Below, one piece after another: positions 1 through 12,997 of a stretch of 64,000 nucleotides of DNA. The notes under the pieces are model-generated. The model had not been told where the DNA came from, searched no databases, and saw nothing but the letters and a program-made list of their open reading frames with translations. Made by a program: the position numbers and the translations under genes. Source of the DNA: Curvularia clavata. Taxonomy: Eukaryota. The stretch is taken from contig CP089275.1 in assembly GCA_023920165.1 (NCBI GenBank), forward strand, positions 496,001 through 560,000, in the 5' to 3' direction. Every line of letters starts with the position of its first letter. Positions within the stretch are counted from its first letter, which is position 1.

Positions 1-12
1 CCCCGTCGGCGC

Positions 13-48
13 AGAGGTTCTCGGGCGTAGAGGTTCTCGGCCGAGAAC
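13..48. promoter_or_regulatory. CGG-containing direct repeat plus 16-bp palindrome, candidate Zn2Cys6 binding site
   Basis: AGAGGTTCTCGG occurs at 13-24 and 29-40. Perfect palindrome GTTCTCGGCCGAGAAC at 33-48, about 200 bp upstream of the ATG at 245. Confidence 0.4.
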
Positions 49-244
49 GGTAATGAAGGTACCTACACACAGCATCTCCGAAGCACTTTGACAGCGGCCG
101 CCATCATGGCCCCGTTGTATATGACCGCCCTGCATGGGCGCTTGCTCCTCGCGTCAGAGTGCCGATTTTTTATAAATCTTTATTTTTGGTTTGAAGTCAT
201 ACACCTCGATTCTCGGACGAACGTCGTGCATTCTGACAACCACC

Positions 245-1456
245 ATGGATCACACGGCAGGTTCTACTGACCGCACAACCATTGAATGGTTTGGTGAGGT
301 CACCCCCGGCAGTTGCATGCTTGTGCACACTGACGAGATCTAGGCGCCACAACGTTTCGGCTTCGTGTCAGAGGCATCACCATCTTCTTAGACAGCTGGC
401 TTGACAGGCCCTCCGCCATGCCCAAGTACCTTGCCGCCGATGATGTGAAAGAGGCAGACTATATTTTCATCTCCCATGCTCACTTTGACCAGTAATTCAA
501 TGACATCTTGATACACGTGACAAAGCAAGCTGACGAATTGGGAAGTCTGCCTGGAGCCGACCGCATCGCCATAAAAACCGGTGCCATTGTGATCGCCAAC
601 GGTGAAGCCATTCAATGTCTCCGGAATGCGGGCGTCCCAGAGGAACAGCTGATTCCTGTGGCTGGTGGCGAGCGCATACCGCTTTTCACCCACGCAGTTC
701 GCCAGCGAGCCCGACAGGATCCGTCTCTGCGGGCCAAAGGGTTGCCCGGCGCCCCCATCTTCCCAGTACATACACTGGCTAGCCTCTCGGTGCATGTTTG
801 GCCGTCCCTGCACTGCATGATGCCCGAGGACCACCCACAGGTCATTGATACGGCAACAGTGTACACCGGCTCGGCAACGCCCTATACCTGTTCCTTAGAC
901 ATCACGTTTGGGATGAAGCATGGCCTCTTAAATCTTGGCAAGCTCGTTCCGCCCGAGAAGCTCAACGACGGCCAGCGCTCCTTTATAGAGTACGTTGGTG
1001 ACCGGGAGCGTAATGTATTCTCCCACTATGACGGTGGACAATTGATGTTCAACTTCATCATTGGAGACAAGGCCTTGCTCTGGAGTGCCCATCTTGGCGC
1101 CTACGAGGGCGTCGTGAAAGATATGCAGCCCAAGCCAGATATTGCCATCTTGGCCATTGCTGGACGAGCCAACTTGAACGGGCGACCATTTGACGGCTCG
1201 TCGGCTGAATTCGCCGTGAAAAAGCTTGAGTGGCTTGAAAACCCATCTACAGTAATCTGGGCTCTTCATGATGAAAGGTAGGTATCCAGCCCTTAAACAT
1301 AGCACCATCATGAAAACAATGGACTGACTTGCTTTTCTCAGTTGTATCCCTCCTTACCGAATAGATACGGCAGCAGCCACAGCTGCAGTAGAGAAACTGA
1401 ATGGATCAAAGGTTTTAGATCTGAAGCATGCTGAGGTGGTTGAGCTGGACTTGTAG
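245..1456 (+). CDS. Metallo-beta-lactamase-fold metallohydrolase (UlaG-like), 4 exons
   Basis: Spliced model MDHTAGSTDRTTIEWF|GATTFRL...YIFISHAHFDH|LPGADRIA...WALHDE|SCIPPY...ELDL*. The HxHxDH metal motif is completed across intron 2. GT-AG introns at about 294-343, 492-545 and 1279-1341. Confidence 0.85.
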
Positions 1457-2083
1457 GATTCACCCATGTACGAGTCATGAGGCTCGTAAATATACAAACA
1501 TGCCGCGCTTTATGTCAAAGTTTGCCTTGATTCGAGGATTTTCTGAGGTCACTTACGAACACAGCCCAGCACAGGGTATTAACACGTCGTTCAATGTTGT
1601 CGGTATACATGAGCCCAAGCCAAACAAGCTCTCTGAAGAAGAGATAGCGAGTGCCTCCCTAGCTTGGATTGTAACCTGAGCGCATGATGCGTGCTATTCT
1701 GCACCTTTGGCCTTATCATCTGTGGCGGGGCGTTTGTTTAGTATGATAGAAATAAGATCCTTGTATCACATAGCGCTAGTACTTTGGATTAGATGAGTAT
1801 GCACGTATACGTTTAGGTCGGCGACATAGCTGTGGTGCATAACAGACTTGTACGGAAGCTTCTTTGTCATAATCATTTCCTTTGTAATATTGAATGACTT
1901 TGATGTTGATAACTATATTATAAATACAAAAGAGAGTAGAGAAGCAGTGCAATAGATCAATGCTATGCGATTCCGGATACATGATTCTATGCTCTTGACC
2001 CAAGAGCACGTGATACTTCCATCCACTCGTCAGGCATCTTCGATGTCTTGAAGACGTGTCGTGCTGGCACCAATAAGCCGGGA

Positions 2084-3574
2084 TCACGGGAGCTCAGGGG
2101 CGTCATCCTTGGGCTCCCAACCCAACATTCTAGCCACCTGGGTAACGGTACCTACCACTGCTAGTAATATGCGAACAACAAAGATAATAAATCTGCCTTG
2201 AGTGCTTTCGAGGTCGGGCAACTGTGTATACACTCAGTCAGTTTGATCAGAAAAGAAGGCATTCAAGGGAAGAGGTAAACGTACACTTTGCTGAGCGCTC
2301 TTCTTAACCCAACTCATGGACCGGGGAATCATGGCTTTCTCATACACGGCCAGCTGAGCGCGCACTTCCTCGTCTGTTATTTCGCCATGTTCCTTTCTCT
2401 GCCGCGCCAGTTCGATTAGGGGCCCCAGAATGTCGGCCGTGTCACAAATAGCATTGTTGGCACCCATACCTCGTGACGGGAGCATTGGATGAAAAGAATC
2501 GCCAATGAGCCAAACCCGTGGATGGGCAATGTCAGGATTCGACGCATGCATTTTGTCCGCTCGCGTCCGCTGCCGCCAATCCACAGGTGTGTCCTTAGAT
2601 TGCCGCAAGGTGACAGCCTGAAGCGCATCGGGTTCCAGGACGTCGATGAGCTTCATCAAGTCTGGGTGCCACTTAGCTTCTGCCATCTGCTGTCGCATGT
2701 AACCTTTAGGGTCATCTAGTTTGATGACTTCGCGCGCAGAAAGGCCCCCATTCCAAGTGAAGCCCACCATAAGAGATGCCTGTGCCTCGTCGTAATGCCC
2801 TTTTTCTTCCAAATTTCCATGAGGCTCATATGACGCGTTCTGCTCGGGCGAAATCTTGTTGTCGGGAAGGTAAACGGCAGCGAATAGTGTGCATGCTCGG
2901 CTTGCGGTGTATATCGAGCCCTTTTCCACTAGTGCATGTGGAAGGTTGCGGAGGACAGACCATGGGACGTGACATTTCCCCAAGAGGCCGCCATTCTCTT
3001 TCTGCGAAGGTTCGAGTATGTTGTTGCATCCAAGCTGTCTGTTGATTCGGCTCCTACTGCCTTCGGCAGAGATCAAAATATGGCAGTCCGCACTTGAGCC
3101 ATCGGAGAAATGGGCTCTGATCTTGCTTTCCTGGGAACTCCCAGACTGGATAACTTCGTACCGTACGAAGGTTTTGCCATGATGTATGACGTTCTGCTTC
3201 AGGAGCGGTGCTTGCAGGAAGTTTCGCAGACGAGCTCGTCCAATCGGTGCTGACTTCTGGTATGTCGGGAATTTGCTTAGGTCCAAAAGCAGGTTCAAGT
3301 TAGGATCGAAAATGGCTGGTGCAGAAGAGACAACGCCTCCAGATCGACCAAAACAAAGCAGCAGATCCGTGTATTGCTGCTCCGTCAAGCATGCCCGAAA
3401 TCCGTTAAGCGCATATGACCCTAGGCGTATCTGGTAGCCATCGCGGCCAGAATTTTGCTCGTCCCTCTCGTAGATGGCAACATTCACAAGGTCTTTTGCC
3501 TTGTTCAGAAGTCCATTGGCTAGACAGCTTCCAGCCAGCCCTCCCCCAATGATGATGACGTCTAAAGCAGCCAT
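2084..3574 (-). CDS. FAD-dependent monooxygenase (aromatic hydroxylase-like), 2 exons
   Basis: GGGLAG Rossmann motif, ISAEGSRS (DG-type motif), LIGDSFHPM..RGMGANNA (GD motif). An intron after ...SAQQS splices to LPDLEST...DAPELP* (stop 2084-2086). Confidence 0.9.
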
Positions 3575-4867
3575 CGGTGCTAGAAATTATGAAACTTGAT
3601 AAAGAAAAGGCAAGAACGAGGTTGCTGTTCTGGGGTCTTACGTCTGTCTTGCACCATTTTCTGCTTGCTTAGTGCGATGCTTTTGTTTCTAAAGTATTTC
3701 ACAGAAGCATCCGTATCCCACCGGGTAGCATATTGGTTCAGACGCAGATCTGTAAGTAGGCGGCTTGAAATGGCCTAGTACCCCACCGGCCCCGCCGGTA
3801 CGGTGCAAGGTTCGTGCCGGCGGCAGTACAGCTAATGCAAAACCCCGCCAAAACGGCCGTCTACAAAGCATCAAGCTGTAGAGTCCTACAATACAACTAT
3901 TAGCATGAGACCTTTTGGCAAATATCAAACTATTGGTTTGGTAAGTATATAGCACGAGATAGATAAGGGATAATAGTGAAGAAATAGTTGTATTGTGACG
4001 AGACGTATTACTATTGAGCTACTATAGTAATTGTTAACTATTCATCGGTGTAACCAGCCATAGATCAAATAAATAAGGTAAAGGAAGCCTATGATGGACT
4101 GGACTGGCCCGACTCGATATGGGCCAAGTCCTGACGAGACATATTGCGCGCTTCTTGAAGCATCTATCCTGGTCACGTGCGTCTCATTCTTAGCACCAGT
4201 GGGTTCCTTTGTCCAGGCTAGGTAGTGCTGGGTATTGTGCTGGCCTTTGTGGCAGCATCCAAAACACCTCTCATCTCAATACCCGCATCGAGTAGCGACT
4301 GTGAGTCCATGTTCGGTGAGCTTCGTGATCTACTTGAGCCCCTGCAACAAGATAAATCTCTAAAGCTGTTGACTGCGATCTAGTCCATATGAAAGCGAAA
4401 AAAGGCTGGGTTTGTGCCTGCAAGTAATTCATCTCGATCACAACTAGTTGAGAGTTAGACAGGTCATACGGTTTGTATGAATGGGATGATCATGGTATAC
4501 CATGACTACCGGACGAACCATGGCAATAAAACTATTCTATATATTGAGCAAATGCTACAGAATCCTAGGAAAACTTAAGGAATCAGTTCATTAACAAACA
4601 AGCAAAGTCTCAGAACTCAAAAAAGTGTCCATCTACCTTTTATGTTCTAGTTCATAGGCAAAGAAATTCAATTTAGCCTATGCCAGAGCTGGTAGGCCAC
4701 GTGACACCAGTAAAACGACAAATGATTGGTGGACCCGTCAATATGCCCCGCTTCAGCCTCAGTTCAGAGACTTGACGGCTGCCTGGTCTCCTAACATCTG
4801 ACCTATATCGATTCTATATAGATATTGGTGGAAAGAAGATCGTCACGCCCACTGAACACTCCGCTTA

Positions 4868-6931
4868 ATGGAAAGCTTAATCTATGCGCCATTACCTCCA
4901 CAAGATCCAAACAGAAATGTAACTGCCTACTCTCGACTTCTCGAACTCTGGCCTGGCGAGGGCGCTGACCCATTTTTATGCACCCTTCAAAATGTGGATA
5001 TAGAACATCCTCATGTTCCTTTTGAAGCGCTCTCCTATGTCTGGGGCAAGGAGAAAAGCGACAATGTTCTGCTTTGTGCAGACAACCAAGGGAATATACT
5101 GGGTCAGCTGGAACTCACCAAAAATCTGGAGCAAGCATTACGAGGCTTAAGACATCCGCAGCAGCGCAGGATCCTCTGGATCGATGCCATTTGTATCCGA
5201 CAAGACGATAACGCCGAGCGATCCCGCCAGGTATCTTATATGCGATCTGTATATAACAACGCGTCGCGGGTGATCGTTTGGCTTGGTGAAAAAGATGCAA
5301 CGGTCCGTAATGCGTTCGAATTTGCTCAGAAACTTGTTATGACTGCCGCAGTCCTGGAAGCAAACATTCCACAGGGCTCCCAGTCGCCACAGCAAGTCCA
5401 GGCAGCACGGCTGCAACGCCAAGCTCTTGTCATAAACGCCATGAAAGCCCACCCAGAAGATTCCAGAGCATTGGATGCGTTACTTACAAAGGAGTACTTT
5501 GAGCGCGTTTGGTGCATCCAGGAAGTTGCCGCAGCAAAAGACTGCGTTGCGAAATGCGAAGACCTCGAAATTGATTTCGGAATACTCCTCGCTGTCGTAC
5601 CCTTTGTCTTTGTTAATCGCGGTCTCACCCCTAACGCATCGGGCCTAAGTTTGTGGCAAGCTATGGGAATGGTTAAGGGAGAAGACCACGATGAAACGAA
5701 TCCACTAACACCGACTGGTTCGCTCGGCCCCATGTTGCGAGTCCTCATGTCGGTTCGAAACTTCAAGGCCACAAATCCAGTAGATCGGATTTATGCGCTG
5801 TTAGGCTGCACTGACGAGGGACTGGAACCTATCTTAGGGAGCTTGAATACTTTCGGAGGGAACAAAAGAAATCGCAAATTGGCACTCATGCAGAGAGGCA
5901 TGATTTGGCTCGCAAAGAACTTGGAGGGCCAGCGACGACCTGATGGAAAGTTCTTGCGACATTGGGCACTGAGGCCAGATTACGACAAGTCCGTGCGTGA
6001 TGTCTACCGCGACTTTACAAGGTATTGTATCCGCAGGAGTCCTCGGGTCTTGGATGCTCTCTCCCACGTACAACATCACTCCGACCCAACTGGACAAGAC
6101 GAGTTTCCGACTTGGGTTCCTAAGTTCTACGAGCCTCGCAACGCTTCTTCGTTTGTCTTGGAGGTCTATATGGCTGGAGTGCCGCCTCAAGGGCATTATC
6201 GCTACTTTGCACATTTGCAGGACAGCCCCTTGGTGCAGAGTTCAATCAAAGAACCGAATGTCTTGCAAGCTGACGGTTTCCGGGTCGACGTTGTTGCTAC
6301 TGTTTCCGATACTATCACACCAGGCGCTAGCGAAACAATCTCACCCCAGACCGTCTGGAATCAATTATTCACAATGCCCCTTTCCCCAAGACCCAATTTC
6401 CAATACGAGTTTGGGCCTGAGGCCTTGGATGTTGCTTTTTTCATGACACTGCTCGCAGGTGGCGTGTTGAATGCGCTTGAAGTCGGGTTTGAAGGCGCTC
6501 CAACGACTAGATTGGAGGCAGTAGAGCATTTCACGAGGCAAGCGAAGTGTGACCTATACCAGTGGCTGGAGGGCGAACCTAGCCTTGAAGCACAGGCCTA
6601 TCCGGACCTCATACGTGATTCTCAGGGCGCAAACCTTGAGCAGGGGCGCTCTCGTTTTGAGAAATGCAGCGTGATGTACTCGTTTAACCGGAGATTATAT
6701 CGCACCCGATCTGGAATGTTGGGTCTGGGTCCAATGGTCACGAAACCTGGTGATATTGTAGTTGTTCTTTTTGGCGGAAGATATCCTTTTTTGCTCCGAC
6801 AGCTTGCTTCTGAATGGCTGTTCCTGGGGGAGACATATGTGCGGAATAACCACATTATGCTTGGTGAAGCGGTGATGGAGGTACGTTCAGCAAAAGGAGG
6901 ACAGAGAGTGGAGACATTCCGCATTCGGTAG
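4868..6931 (+). CDS. HET-domain (heterokaryon incompatibility, HET-6-like) protein
   Basis: FEALSYVWG, LWIDAICIRQ, QVSYMRSVYNNASRVIVWLG, YFERVWCIQE. C-terminal LGLGP..TKPGDIVVVLFGG.YPFLLR...FLGETYV is typical of HET-6-like proteins. 687 aa, intronless. Confidence 0.92.
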   Translation: MESLIYAPLPPQDPNRNVTAYSRLLELWPGEGADPFLCTLQNVDIEHPHVPFEALSYVWGKEKSDNVLLCADNQGNILGQLELTKNLEQALRGLRHPQQRRILWIDAICIRQDDNAERSRQVSYMRSVYNNASRVIVWLGEKDATVRNAFEFAQKLVMTAAVLEANIPQGSQSPQQVQAARLQRQALVINAMKAHPEDSRALDALLTKEYFERVWCIQEVAAAKDCVAKCEDLEIDFGILLAVVPFVFVNRGLTPNASGLSLWQAMGMVKGEDHDETNPLTPTGSLGPMLRVLMSVRNFKATNPVDRIYALLGCTDEGLEPILGSLNTFGGNKRNRKLALMQRGMIWLAKNLEGQRRPDGKFLRHWALRPDYDKSVRDVYRDFTRYCIRRSPRVLDALSHVQHHSDPTGQDEFPTWVPKFYEPRNASSFVLEVYMAGVPPQGHYRYFAHLQDSPLVQSSIKEPNVLQADGFRVDVVATVSDTITPGASETISPQTVWNQLFTMPLSPRPNFQYEFGPEALDVAFFMTLLAGGVLNALEVGFEGAPTTRLEAVEHFTRQAKCDLYQWLEGEPSLEAQAYPDLIRDSQGANLEQGRSRFEKCSVMYSFNRRLYRTRSGMLGLGPMVTKPGDIVVVLFGGRYPFLLRQLASEWLFLGETYVRNNHIMLGEAVMEVRSAKGGQRVETFRIR

Positions 6932-7154
6932 GCCGCTTTCCGAGAGACAGAGATGCCAGATGGCATCTGTCTTTTTTATGTGAAAGAGGACGTTTGGGAG
7001 GATGGTACGCGGTGTTTTTACAGCTAACGACGATTGGAAACGCTAATCGCGACCATTGTTGGACGAGGAATATGTAGCAACATCTCTATTAAGGGTGTAT
7101 GGAAATGATGTAGTAGTTAGATTTGAGCTGCTGAATTAGCCCTCGTTCACTGTA

Positions 7155-7417
7155 AAGAAGACTTGTAGCAGCAAGCAATAAATCAGCAAATTACATGGTT
7201 AATCCGCACTCCTCTGGAGCTGTAGCTGCCTAAACTTATAGAAGCAAGTAATATGTCTCTATAGAATGCCTACACTACGCATTTACCATATCGTTGGTGT
7301 GCTGCGCCCTTAGTAGGCGGTTAGATCATTTATCTAGGGTTGACTGAGGTCTTCGTATCTAACGATACACTGTTGCGCCGGTGTCGTGACACTGTCGAGG
7401 TGGCGAGCTCTTATAGC
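7155..7417 (+). repeat. Degenerate dispersed repeat, copy A (~260 bp)
   Basis: Aligns by eye to 12745-12997. The last 74 nt align without gaps at 50/74 identity, and 17 of the 24 mismatches are transitions. Confidence 0.7.
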
Positions 7418-7786
7418 TTTATATAGATCAAATTACTACTTGGGCAATACTTATCCATGTCCCTCGATAGTGGTGGAGCATACCCTTTCTTATTCCTTTG
7501 AATCTCTCCATACAACAAGTATATATTGCAGATATCAGGCAGTGCTTCACACGTATCTCCTCTTCTTAATCGCTCGAACTAGCTGGAACCTTGTAATAGG
7601 TTGATTGTCCCAAGCCAAGATGCATGGAAGCGCTGTGGCGGTCTCGGCTACCCACCCATCTCATGTGTCTCAGCCGCACCATTAAATAATAAGAGCTGGA
7701 CTCAGCCTCGATACAACAGGAAAACTTGATCACCATTCTCCTAGCCCCGAACCTTCATGCTACCTCAGAAATCCTAGAACAAAATA

Positions 7787-9693
7787 ATGACTGGCACGCT
7801 TGACTGTGTACCAAGAGACAAGGTGGAAGCGAGCGCTGACATCGCAGGAAATGGTGTATGTTGTTATCGCCTTTTTCGGGCCCTTATTTTTCTCTATGGT
7901 ATTCCAAGGCTGAGAATTTCAGGTCCTAGTCGCGTTTCTCCTTTCAGCCCTCCTCACACTCGGTGCGGTGGTCTTTGGGTATCTTTCAGAATCGCTACCG
8001 GAAGGATATTTTAATGAGATCGACCTGGCGCTCGTCACCCAGATGCATTTCAAGAATAAATTAGACTCCCTGAGGTCTACTCTCGCAGCTTGGAAAGACA
8101 AGGCTCTCTTCCGAAAGCAGCCTTCACCTAGACGACGTAAACTAAGTCGTGGTGAACGTCAAGAAGCGCTCACTCGGTTCATCCTAGCGTTAAGTGATCA
8201 GCAGCTTGCTACGGGATTTGCGGTGCTGATTGGTGCGATCGCTAATCACAGTTCGCTCACAGCCTACGATTTCAGAATTGCTTTTGGACTCGCATGGTTT
8301 TCAGCAACCACTCACCTCGCAACCCTGGACGCACTTCGAGATTACTTCATTTTCCATACTACCGTAAGGAATTGGCGCATTCGAGGCATGGTCTTGATCT
8401 TGTTGCTCTTGTTTTACTGCCAATTCATTACGTTGGCATCACCTCATGATAGCGTTCCTATGCAATGCCTTTACGACAGACCCGACACTGGGGTGATCGC
8501 CGGCGCCAATAATACAACCGGAGTAGCTGCTCAGTCCAATTATGTTAGCCCGGTCTCCATATCGGGCGTACTTACCCCCTTCTTTATGCTAATAACCGGC
8601 TATGTTACTCGCATATACTGGTCTCGGGGTGGAGGCGCAGATAACGTCTTGCTCGAGCGAATCGTATTTCGTTGGAAATACAGGCCTAGCACCTTCCCTG
8701 AGGTTTTCGATATGGATACGGTCGACCGCACTCTTCTTTTCCGCGAGTTCAAATTGCTGCAACAATCGAGACGGAGGCGGGGGCAGCTCGAACGCGCTGG
8801 TAATTGTATCGGATTTCGACGTGCCTTTTACGTATATCTTTATATCATGGACATCTATGACGAGTCTTTCCTGTCATTAGCTCCTCCGTTGATATTTATG
8901 ATATCCTATGGCCTTGCGCAATTGGTGTTCACTCGGTGGATGTACCCCCTTCCCATAGTTGTGGATGGAGGAATGAGTTTCGGTCAGATTACACCGCTTT
9001 GCTTCCTCGTCATACCTTTTTTAGCTGCCGCTGAAACCTATTACGGTACGATTCTTAGCAAATGATCCCATTAAGGTTGCTGACAATGACAAAGAAGCCA
9101 AAACGGATAACACTACCGAAGAATCACAGAATGAAGCCACCGCAGATGAGGCTACAACTTCTGTAACTTTACCAATCAATCCGATCCGAGTCGACACTAT
9201 CCCTGTGACTCTTCCCACAGACGACGACGCAGTTAAGCACCTATACCGGAGAGAACATGATTACAATGAAGCAGTTAACTCCATTAAAGTTTATCTTCAC
9301 GCTGAAGTAAACGATATCGAGGCTGAATGGAAATCAGCAAATCTTTCGACCGATTTACTGGCGATTCTCCAGAAGAAGGACACTCTACTTTGCAAATATC
9401 AAGTACTTGAGGCATTCAAAAGGTCCCTGCCTATTAAAATGCATTCATGGATTGCGTTCGCTCTCAATTCGGTCCTTTGCGTTACTATGGGAATTCTGCT
9501 CAATTTTCCCAGTCAAAACGGGCTGACTGGGGTCATAGGGTCTGTCATGTTGCTGTTTTACTACAGCAGTAGCGTTACAAGTTCCCTCACGTATTACATG
9601 TCAACGGTCCAGGCCATGAATAAAAGTTCCATCATGGGAGCCTATGAGAAGATACGAAAAGTCCCCATTGCGCCTGATAGCACCTCATCTTAG
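7787..9693 (+). CDS. Uncharacterised fungal multipass membrane protein, 3 exons
   Basis: Exons 7787-7855, 7923-9045 and 9095-9693 join in frame. Motifs ADIAGNGV, LSDQQLATGFAVLI, AWFSATTHL and SFGQITPL, with several hydrophobic helices. Confidence 0.75.
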
Positions 9694-10284
9694 CATGTAG
9701 GTGCGTCTTGAGCAGGTGCGGCGACTCCACTGGGCGATACAACTTCCTAGTCAGCCTCATCATCAGTCCGGGGAGCCTTTTCATGCAGAAGTTCCCACAA
9801 AGAAGTAATTAATAGGCTTCCAATCCATTCGAGAAGATAAATTATATGAGTTCCCTCCTTGTACAGCCTTGGTGGCTTTGGTGTGGAGTCGAATATGATA
9901 TCAAAAAAATTTGCAATAGCCTTTTCTTGAGACAACTCGCTTTCATCTTCCTAGAAATGTGTTAAGGGACGTTTCAAAGGGATCTGAGTGTGTAGTTGGG
10001 CCGAGTAAGTGAAATCTGGGTGTTAGAGGTAGCACCTGGAGTGCATGAGCTACTTTGAAATGCTTTCCAAGACACCACAGTGTAATCCCCTGCTGGAAAG
10101 TTGATATTTTGTCCTTGAGGCTTCCTGATAATACTTTACTAAGTCGTGTGTTGAACTACTACACTGCGCTAAAACAAAGGTTTATGCGCGTGGGACATAC
10201 CCACCTCGCAAAAGTGCACAAGATCCTCCCTATTTTGTAAGTATGCAATTGTTTCAAGGCGATTGAATGCATTTATATCATATT

Positions 10285-12159
10285 CTAGGCTAAAGACTTT
10301 GAAAAGAGATAAGTAAAGATCATTGTGAACAAGCTCATAGCCAGTCCACCGATCCAGGATGCCTCTGCTTCTTCCCTCATCTTGTCACCGCTAACAAAGA
10401 GTACGACCCAAGCCCTGTTTCCCAGCCCCAAGACAGTTCCGGTGCACCAGCAGCTTTCATAGAAACCGATAAGCTCGAATATAGAACTCAGGATGATCCA
10501 GATGGCGTTGATAACGGCAATGGATTTACCAAAGAACCGCATAAGCACGGCGAGTCTACCAATCCACTTGATCTGGGCACTGCGAGGAACTTCGTACCTT
10601 GGACCTGTTGCTCCCTTTTGTCGCTCTGCCTGGTACATAAGCATCACGTGGTGCGACAGAAAGACTGATACTAGTAAAAGAATATGGGCGGACGTAGCAA
10701 GGACGCCGTACAGTAGATAACTCCCAGAGCGACATCCGAGGCCGCGCACCTCCGTCAGGTACGATATAACAATGGCAGATCCAGTAATGCCCCACTGCAG
10801 AAAGACAGCAATGACATTAGAAGTGACGAAGTTCCGCTTCCAGTCGGAGCTCGCTTTAACATCCTTCCATGTCATGTATGGCTCATCAATGTTGTGGGAT
10901 GAGCCTGCTTCGAGCTGCACTGTGTTATTTCGCTGAAGCTCTTGCATCGGCTTGGAAGTGTTTGCTTGGGCTTTCTGCGCCTCCAGCAAAGCGCGCTTTC
11001 TTTCGAACTCATCAACAATTCTGTTTCGTAGTTTTGGGTACGTCAATATCCGTGCATAGTTGTAAGCGGGGCCCTGACATGCTTCGTCTCCTTGCACTTG
11101 ACTCCATAACGCTTGGTGTATTACAGTCAACGGCGGGTTTATAAAGCCAGACTCGGCTTCCAGTGCTTTGATTGGAGCCGATTTCCCACGTATAATCTCG
11201 CCCTGTATTGCTTCGCGCACCGTGTTCTTCCGAGACTGTGTTCCAACAGCCATCCAACCCAAGACCACCGGAACTAACCATGTCCAAAGCGTGCCGGAGG
11301 AGAGCAAAAGAGCTTCTGAATGTTGACCGAGTGACGTAATATACGATCCAACGATAGTCAAAACCCATGCGACGACTGCAAAAAAGGTCTGCGCAAAGAG
11401 GGAAAAGGTGTATTGCCGGCGAGTGTTGTGGAGACGCTGTTCGAGAGGTAGCCATCGATCACGCAACCGCTCTGTATCCTCCTCAAACAGTTGTCGGAAC
11501 TGGTCCTCTTTGATTCTAATGGGGGACTGTTGAGAGCCGCGAAGGAAGTACTCAGCTGACTCTACTGCCTCTCTCAAATGTGATGTCGTTTTACCATTAC
11601 CGAATTTAGCTGCGAAAATTATCGAAGTTGAATGCGCATTTAGAGCTGTCGAAATAAGAGAGAAGGTAGTTAACATTGGACTTCCGACCGCTAGGCAGAA
11701 ACTTTCAAAGTTTCCGGATATGGAATCCGTCTCGTACGGTAGCTGCGCTGTGAGACCAAGCCACGGTAAGAAGTAGTTTGTCACGCCGGATAAGAAGATT
11801 GGAAAATCGAAGACCTGTTAGAAGTTAGCCCTGAAGATACACAACACGGAGTCCAAACCCCTGGTTATATGGGGCAAATCTTTAAGCGATAATTTTATTC
11901 AGTTGTGTTAGTAAAAGGATGACGATACCATAGGAAAGCTCTGCCTGTCACAGTACGTATGACAAGTCTCCATATCAATGCCCCATGCATTCCATACACT
12001 TTTGATTAGTTCCACAGGCTTTCGGCCATTCTGGGCGACCAAACCTCCAGCTATTTCTGTGAGGTTATCAGCCTCGAGAAGCTTGCGTGTACACTTTGCT
12101 GCCCATGATGAGCCCTCACTGATCGGTGTCAGAAAATCTTTCAGAGCTGAATCGTTCAT
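10285..12159 (-). CDS. Uncharacterised fungal multipass membrane protein, 2 exons
   Basis: Exons 12159-11929 and 11814-10285 join in frame across a GT-AG intron with CTAAC. NYFLPWLGLTAQLPY, GLGCRSGSYLLYG and GFYESCWC motifs, about 8 hydrophobic segments. Confidence 0.78.
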
Positions 12160-12744
12160 TTTATAGAAATTTGAAGGTTACATTCAGGTAACAAGTATGT
12201 ATTATGGGAGAGAGTGGACTTATCAGTCCCATCTTAAGGACAAGGCTGACAGGCAGCAGTTGCAGCAGTCTTGCGCGTCAAATGCGCACACCGGTCATCA
12301 ATGAACACGGGTAAATATGATGCGAATATTTGACGCTCCAATCAATCACACTCAGTTAAGTAGGTGGGGGCTGTGCTCTGTGCAGCCACACAGCTTATCC
12401 TCCAATCGCAAGGTGAGCTCGCAAGCCATATGACTTCAGAGAAGTGTGCTTATGATAGCGCATCTGGGGCGATTGGTGAAATAGGAAAATGGTAGCCTAC
12501 ACCGCAACTTAAAACCATCCAAAATTACAGAAGAGTAAGTTTTTGTAATTATAGCCAAATATTCTAAACAGCTTCAAGACCTTTAAGACTAGGATCTCTA
12601 GATTTTTGGAGAGAAACTTCCAATTGTCTGTAGATCTAATAGCTTATCTCCACAGTTGAGATTTTCGTTCTGATCTGACGGTTTCACCAGCCAACCAATT
12701 GAGGCAAAGGCTTCTCAGGGTCAATGATCAAATGCTGCGATCAT

Positions 12745-12997
12745 AAGAAGACTGATAGTAGCGAGCAATGAGTGTAAGATCGACTTATACCCTTCTAGGG
12801 CTCTAAGCTACCTAGGTTTATAATAGCAAGCAGTACATTCCCTTAGGAACCTTCGCAGCGCCCTCACTACATCACAGGTGCGCAGCGCCATTAGTAGGGG
12901 CTGAGTAGTCTAGCTATAGGTCTCTGGAGTTTTTATATCAAGCGATCCATCAGTGCGCCGATATCGCGGCACTATCAAGGGGTCGCGCCATTACAGC
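12745..12997 (+). repeat. Degenerate dispersed repeat, copy B (~250 bp)
   Basis: Same orientation as 7155-7417. Example: AAGAAGACTGATAGTAGCGAGCAATGAGT (B) vs AAGAAGACTTGTAGCAGCAAGCAATAAAT (A). Confidence 0.7.

Noticed and set aside
3994..4140. Possible solo-LTR or small insertion (TGTGACG... start; TGACGAGAC 9-bp direct repeat at 3996 and 4132)
   Set aside because: No convincing terminal inverted repeats, no target-site duplication for the LTR reading, and no second copy in the window.
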